Source of the DNA: Planctomycetota bacterium
Lineage (GTDB): Bacteria; Planctomycetota; Brocadiia; Brocadiales; Brocadiaceae
Assembly: GCA_016235875.1 (NCBI GenBank)
Contig: JACRII010000057.1
Span: 1 to 17,121, forward strand
Direction of reading: 5' to 3'
DNA: 17,121 bases
Within the stretch, counting starts at the first letter, position 1. Each line of letters opens with the position of its first letter. The notes below the pieces were generated by a model that did not search any database, had not been told where the DNA came from, and saw nothing but the letters and a program-made list of their open reading frames with translations. The position numbers and the translations under genes are program-made. Of this stretch, positions 13,964-17,121 are shown piece after piece.

Positions 13964-14380
13964 ATGGAAAATATCCTGAACCGAATTAGAGATTTCAGTA
14001 AAAAGGTTGAATTATTTTATGTGGCAACATCAAACCAAAAGAAAGAGGTACACCTCGCGGTAGCGAAGGGTTTGATTTTTTTACCTGACAATGAACATGT
14101 GGCTTTCAAGTCGTGGTTTTGCAAAAAAACAATAGAAAATATTCTTGAGAACCCGAATATATCTATTGCTATCTATGATACGAAGACCGATATGGGTTAT
14201 CAAATAGTTGGCAGAACAGTCTCAAAAAACGTGGTAGCTGTTTTAGATGGTTACTCACCGAGGTTGGAAAAGATTGAAAAAGAATATCCACAGGAAGAGT
14301 ATCAGTTGAAAGTAAAAATTATAAACATTATGGATTTACACAGAGTAGCTCATTCTGACAAGTATCTTTTACTTAATTGA
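13964..14380 (+). CDS. Pyridoxamine 5'-phosphate oxidase-like (FMN-binding split-barrel) family protein
   Basis: I prefer the ATG at 13964 (MENILN...) over the track's GTG at 13946. LFYVATSNQKKEVHLAVAKGLIFLPDNEHVAF...TIENILENPNISIAIYDTKTDMGYQIVGR follows the usual PNPOx-like pattern (..aT.....P....k.......l.F......T..Nl..NP.vs..v.d....g.qi.G.). The family call is from memory. Confidence 0.5.
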   Translation: MENILNRIRDFSKKVELFYVATSNQKKEVHLAVAKGLIFLPDNEHVAFKSWFCKKTIENILENPNISIAIYDTKTDMGYQIVGRTVSKNVVAVLDGYSPRLEKIEKEYPQEEYQLKVKIINIMDLHRVAHSDKYLLLN

Positions 14381-14420
14381 TTTTCGTCCATAACATCTTA
14401 ATTTCAGAAGGAGGTGAAAC

Positions 14421-14549
14421 ATGATAGGCAAGTTATTATCTTTATCAATGGAGAAATCGATCATTCCGGATATTAGTCCAAAAGCAATTATGGTTATTGC
14501 CATTGCGCTAATATTCGTTATATTATTCACCTGGAAAAAGGAGGGATAA
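14421..14549 (+). CDS. Small single-pass membrane peptide (42 aa), below the ORF-track cutoff
   Basis: My own translation gives MIGKLLSLSMEKSIIPDISPKAIMVIAIALIFVILFTWKKEG. An excellent SD (AAGGAGGTG at 14408-14416; the GGAGG core is 6 nt before the ATG). A C-terminal hydrophobic helix is followed by KKEG. Its last codons (AAG GAG GGA TAA) provide the SD for the next gene, whose TTG start abuts the TAA. Confidence 0.55.
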   Translation: MIGKLLSLSMEKSIIPDISPKAIMVIAIALIFVILFTWKKEG

Positions 14550-15983
14550 TTGCCTGAGAGAAGCGCTGCCTTCGATCTGGTAATCATTGGTGGCGGGCCT
14601 GGCGGTTACGTATCCGCTATAAAGGCTGCTCAGCTTGGAATAAAGACTGCACTCGTCGAAAAGAATAAAGTTGGTGGTACGTGTTTGCATCAGGGTTGCA
14701 TCCCGACAAAGGTACTTTTATATTCTGCGGACATTTACCGTAAGTTACTTAAGGCACATGAATATGGAATTACTTTTGATAAAGTAGGGATTAATTATCC
14801 ACAGTTTCATCGACGCAAAGAGTCCGTCGTTAAACGATTATTCCAGGGAACGCAATTTCTCCTCAAAAAAAATGGCGTTGAGGTCTTTGAAGGCGAAGGG
14901 CAACTCACTTCTGCGCATAACGTATTAGTTAAAAAAAAGGGAACAGACATTGTTGAATTAGCAGCAAAAAATGTTATCTTGTCTACCGGTTCTGTTCCAC
15001 TCATTCCCTCTACAATTCCCTGCGATGGGAAATACGTACTCACCAGCGATGACATCTTATTACAGGAAGAAATTCCTAAATCTATTATTATAGCTGGTGC
15101 CGGTGCTGTAGGAATTGAGTTCGCGTATCTTTTTAATATCCTTGGTTCAAAAGTTACCATCGTAGAACTTCTGGATGACGTTCTTCCTGCTGAAGACAAA
15201 GAAATCCGCGCTACTTTAAGGAAATTACTTACGAAAAGAGGTGTAGACATTTTAACAAATACCTCGTTAGAAAAGGTCGAAGTTGATAATGGCGTCCGTG
15301 TAGAAATAAAAAGCAAGATTGATACCCCCCGCTCCCCTACCACAACCGAAAATAAGGAATATTTACAAGCAGATTATTTACTCCTTGCCTTGGGTAGAAC
15401 ACCAGCCTTGGCACATCTTGGACTAGAAAAACTGTCATTAAGTTTTAAAGGAAAATATTTGCAAACGAATGAAGTTATGGAAACCAGCCAAAAGGGACTC
15501 TATGCAATTGGAGACATTACCGGTACTCCCCTTCTAGCTCATAAGGCTTCAAATGAAGGTCTATGTGCCGTTTCTCACATTGCCGGCAAAGAAACTACCC
15601 CAATAAATTATCAAAACATCCCACGGGTGACATATTGCTCTCCACAGGTAGCAAGTGTAGGTCTTACACAGGATGAGGCTGAAAGCAAAGGATACAAAAT
15701 AAAAGTGGGAAAATTTCCACTCATTGCCAATAGTAAGGCCATTATTGACGGAGAATATGAGGATGGATTTGTAAAGATTATTGCAGATGAAAAATACGGT
15801 GAAATATTGGGAGCGCATGCCGTAGGACCAAATGTGGGAGAGTTGATGTGGGGTATCTCACTTACCACACTTTTAGAAGGTACGGCTTCTGAGCTATCGA
15901 GAAATATATACCCCCACCCTACTCTTTCTGAAGCAATTCTAGAGGCTGCCCATGCAGTTGTTGATAAAGCGATACATTTATGA
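14550..15983 (+). CDS. lpdA: Dihydrolipoyl (dihydrolipoamide) dehydrogenase
   Basis: 477 aa. The TTG start is forced: an in-frame TAA lies immediately upstream, there is no ATG before the Rossmann fold, and GGAGG at 14540-14544 sits 5 nt upstream. Motifs present: FDLVIIGGGPGGY, the redox-active disulfide GGTCLHQGCIPTK, a second dinucleotide fold IIAGAGAVGIEFA, and the C-terminal HPTLSE interface motif. Confidence 0.92.
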   Translation: MPERSAAFDLVIIGGGPGGYVSAIKAAQLGIKTALVEKNKVGGTCLHQGCIPTKVLLYSADIYRKLLKAHEYGITFDKVGINYPQFHRRKESVVKRLFQGTQFLLKKNGVEVFEGEGQLTSAHNVLVKKKGTDIVELAAKNVILSTGSVPLIPSTIPCDGKYVLTSDDILLQEEIPKSIIIAGAGAVGIEFAYLFNILGSKVTIVELLDDVLPAEDKEIRATLRKLLTKRGVDILTNTSLEKVEVDNGVRVEIKSKIDTPRSPTTTENKEYLQADYLLLALGRTPALAHLGLEKLSLSFKGKYLQTNEVMETSQKGLYAIGDITGTPLLAHKASNEGLCAVSHIAGKETTPINYQNIPRVTYCSPQVASVGLTQDEAESKGYKIKVGKFPLIANSKAIIDGEYEDGFVKIIADEKYGEILGAHAVGPNVGELMWGISLTTLLEGTASELSRNIYPHPTLSEAILEAAHAVVDKAIHL

Positions 15984-16011
15984 TTATATGTCTGGAAATT
16001 TCTAAAGTTTT

Positions 16012-17121
16012 ATGAAAGCATCAGATTTACTTGTAAAATGTTTGGAAAACGAGGGTGTTCGCTATATCTTCGGAATCCCCGGCGAGGAAAACATAGACAT
16101 CCTCGACTCTTTGTTGGATTCAAAGATACAATTCATTCCGACACGCCATGAACAAGCCGCTGCTTTTATGGCGGATGTCTATGGCCGGTTGACGGGTAAG
16201 GCAGGTGTATGCTTATCCACGCTCGGACCCGGGGCTACCAATCTTGTAACGGGCGTTGCCGATGCCAATCTGGATCGAGTGCCCCTTGTTGCTATTACCG
16301 GCCAGGCTAGTCTCGACCGGATGCACAAGGAATCTCATCAATACATGGACACCGTTGCTTTATTCAAGCCAATTACAAAATGGAATACCCTTGTTCATAC
16401 AGCCGACATTATCCCTGAAGTTGTCAGGAAGGCATTTAAACTTGCCCAGATGGAAAAACCAGGCGCTACTCACATTGACTTTCCAGAGGACGTAGCAAAG
16501 GCAGACCTCATAGCTCTACCAATTCCCTTGAAAGCAGAGGCACATATCCCCTACCCCACCGAAGAGACATTAGGAATTGCCGCACAGTTAATTTCAGATG
16601 CAAAATACCCGGTTATTCTTGCGGGAAATGGCGTCATCAGATCTCAAGCTTCTGAATCTTTAACAAACTTTGCAGTAAAATTAAATATACCTGTAGCCAC
16701 CACGTTTATGGGCAAAGGAGCTATCTCAGATGATTGGCCACTCTCCTTGCTTTCAATTGGCCTGCGGGATGATGACCATATTTCTTGCGGTTTTGACCAG
16801 GCAGATTTAATTATCGCTATTGGATATGACCTTGTGGAATACCCCCCCTACAAATGGAATCCATATAAGTCAAAGAAGATACTTCACATCGACGTTACTC
16901 CCAGCGAGGTAGACGCCTATTATAATGTTGATATGGAAGTAATTGGTAAAATTTCTGAAACCCTTGACCATTTGTCTGGTATGGTCAGAATAAAAGAGAC
17001 AAAACATATTATCAGTATTTTGCGAAATTCAGTTACAGAAGAATGCAAAACTACACACGACGATACATCATTTCCCATGAAGCCTCAAAAAATATTGTGC
17101 GTTGTGCGCGAAGTATTAAAA
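16012..17121 (+). CDS. Thiamine-diphosphate-dependent acetolactate-synthase-family enzyme, N-terminal 370 codons (continues beyond window end)
   Basis: My own translation from the ATG at 16012 is open to the window end (1110 nt, no stops): MKASDLLVKCLENEGVRYIFGIPGEENIDILDSL...TRHEQAAAFMADVYGRLTGKAGVCLSTLGPGATNLVTGVADANLDRVPLVAITGQ... This is the classic ThDP Pyr-domain signature of the AlsS/IlvB family. It is absent from the ORF track because it has no stop codon. Confidence 0.88.
   Translation, partial: MKASDLLVKCLENEGVRYIFGIPGEENIDILDSLLDSKIQFIPTRHEQAAAFMADVYGRLTGKAGVCLSTLGPGATNLVTGVADANLDRVPLVAITGQASLDRMHKESHQYMDTVALFKPITKWNTLVHTADIIPEVVRKAFKLAQMEKPGATHIDFPEDVAKADLIALPIPLKAEAHIPYPTEETLGIAAQLISDAKYPVILAGNGVIRSQASESLTNFAVKLNIPVATTFMGKGAISDDWPLSLLSIGLRDDDHISCGFDQADLIIAIGYDLVEYPPYKWNPYKSKKILHIDVTPSEVDAYYNVDMEVIGKISETLDHLSGMVRIKETKHIISILRNSVTEECKTTHDDTSFPMKPQKILCVVREVLK

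Noticed and set aside
14369-14587. 72-aa minus-strand ORF spanning the lpd start region
   Set aside because: It has no SD, overlaps the forced lpd start, and opposes a plus-strand 42-codon ORF that has a near-perfect SD and a clean transmembrane helix.
14807-15868. Minus-strand ORFs of 178 aa, 85 aa and 85 aa inside lpd
   Set aside because: The Lpd frame carries all diagnostic motifs end to end. The antisense ORFs are Ser/Thr/Phe-rich shadows.
16256-16495. 79-aa plus-strand ORF from the track
   Set aside because: It is out of frame within the 370-codon open ThDP-enzyme frame that starts at 16012. That frame carries unmistakable AlsS/IlvB-family motifs, so the track ORF is an alternative-frame artefact.
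1-17121. Scan for tRNA, rRNA, CRISPR repeats, IS elements or transposases, integrases, toxin-antitoxin pairs and defence-system genes
   Set aside because: I saw no regularly spaced direct repeats, no tRNA-like T-arm (GGTTCGA) motifs in the intergenic regions, no DDE, serine- or tyrosine-recombinase-like ORFs, and no nuclease, ATPase or defence signatures. The accessory-looking content is limited to the short repeat elements reported above.

Overview
Gene-dense bacterial chromosomal segment of about 17.1 kb, AT-leaning by eye. I support about 20 protein genes. I saw no rRNA, tRNA, CRISPR array, transposase or integrase on either strand. Left to right: (1) minus strand, the 5' part of hemA, preceded by a CcsA/HemX-like membrane protein. 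(2) Plus strand, a tightly packed sulfur/Fe-S trafficking operon: DUF1858 CxxC protein, NifU-like protein, Cys-rich unknown protein, ThiF/MoeB E1-like adenylyltransferase, and class V cysteine desulfurase. No ubiquitin-like sulfur carrier is visible. (3) Minus strand, queE-queC, convergent with that operon. (4) An orphan 203-aa protein flanked by long non-coding spacers that hold an interleaved (pseudoknot-topology) inverted-repeat element and a small palindrome flanked by direct repeats. (5) The stand-out locus, about 7432-13925: a promoter-like site, a dedicated ACP, a 19-bp hairpin, FabZ, a FabF-type ketosynthase, a second ketosynthase homologue that has lost its Cys-His-His catalytic triad (CLF-like), a CrtI-family FAD desaturase, a B12-binding radical SAM enzyme, and a terminator. 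It has no ketoreductase, enoyl reductase or acyltransferase. This looks like a specialised lipid or polyene tailoring pathway. From memory it matches the candidate ladderane-lipid cluster of anammox Planctomycetota (Brocadiales), whose chemistry is still unresolved. (6) Right end: a PNPOx-like flavoprotein, a strongly SD-driven 42-aa membrane peptide translationally coupled to a TTG-initiated dihydrolipoyl dehydrogenase, and the 5' 370 codons of an acetolactate-synthase-family ThDP enzyme that runs off the window. All family calls come from reading motifs in the translations; no database search was possible.
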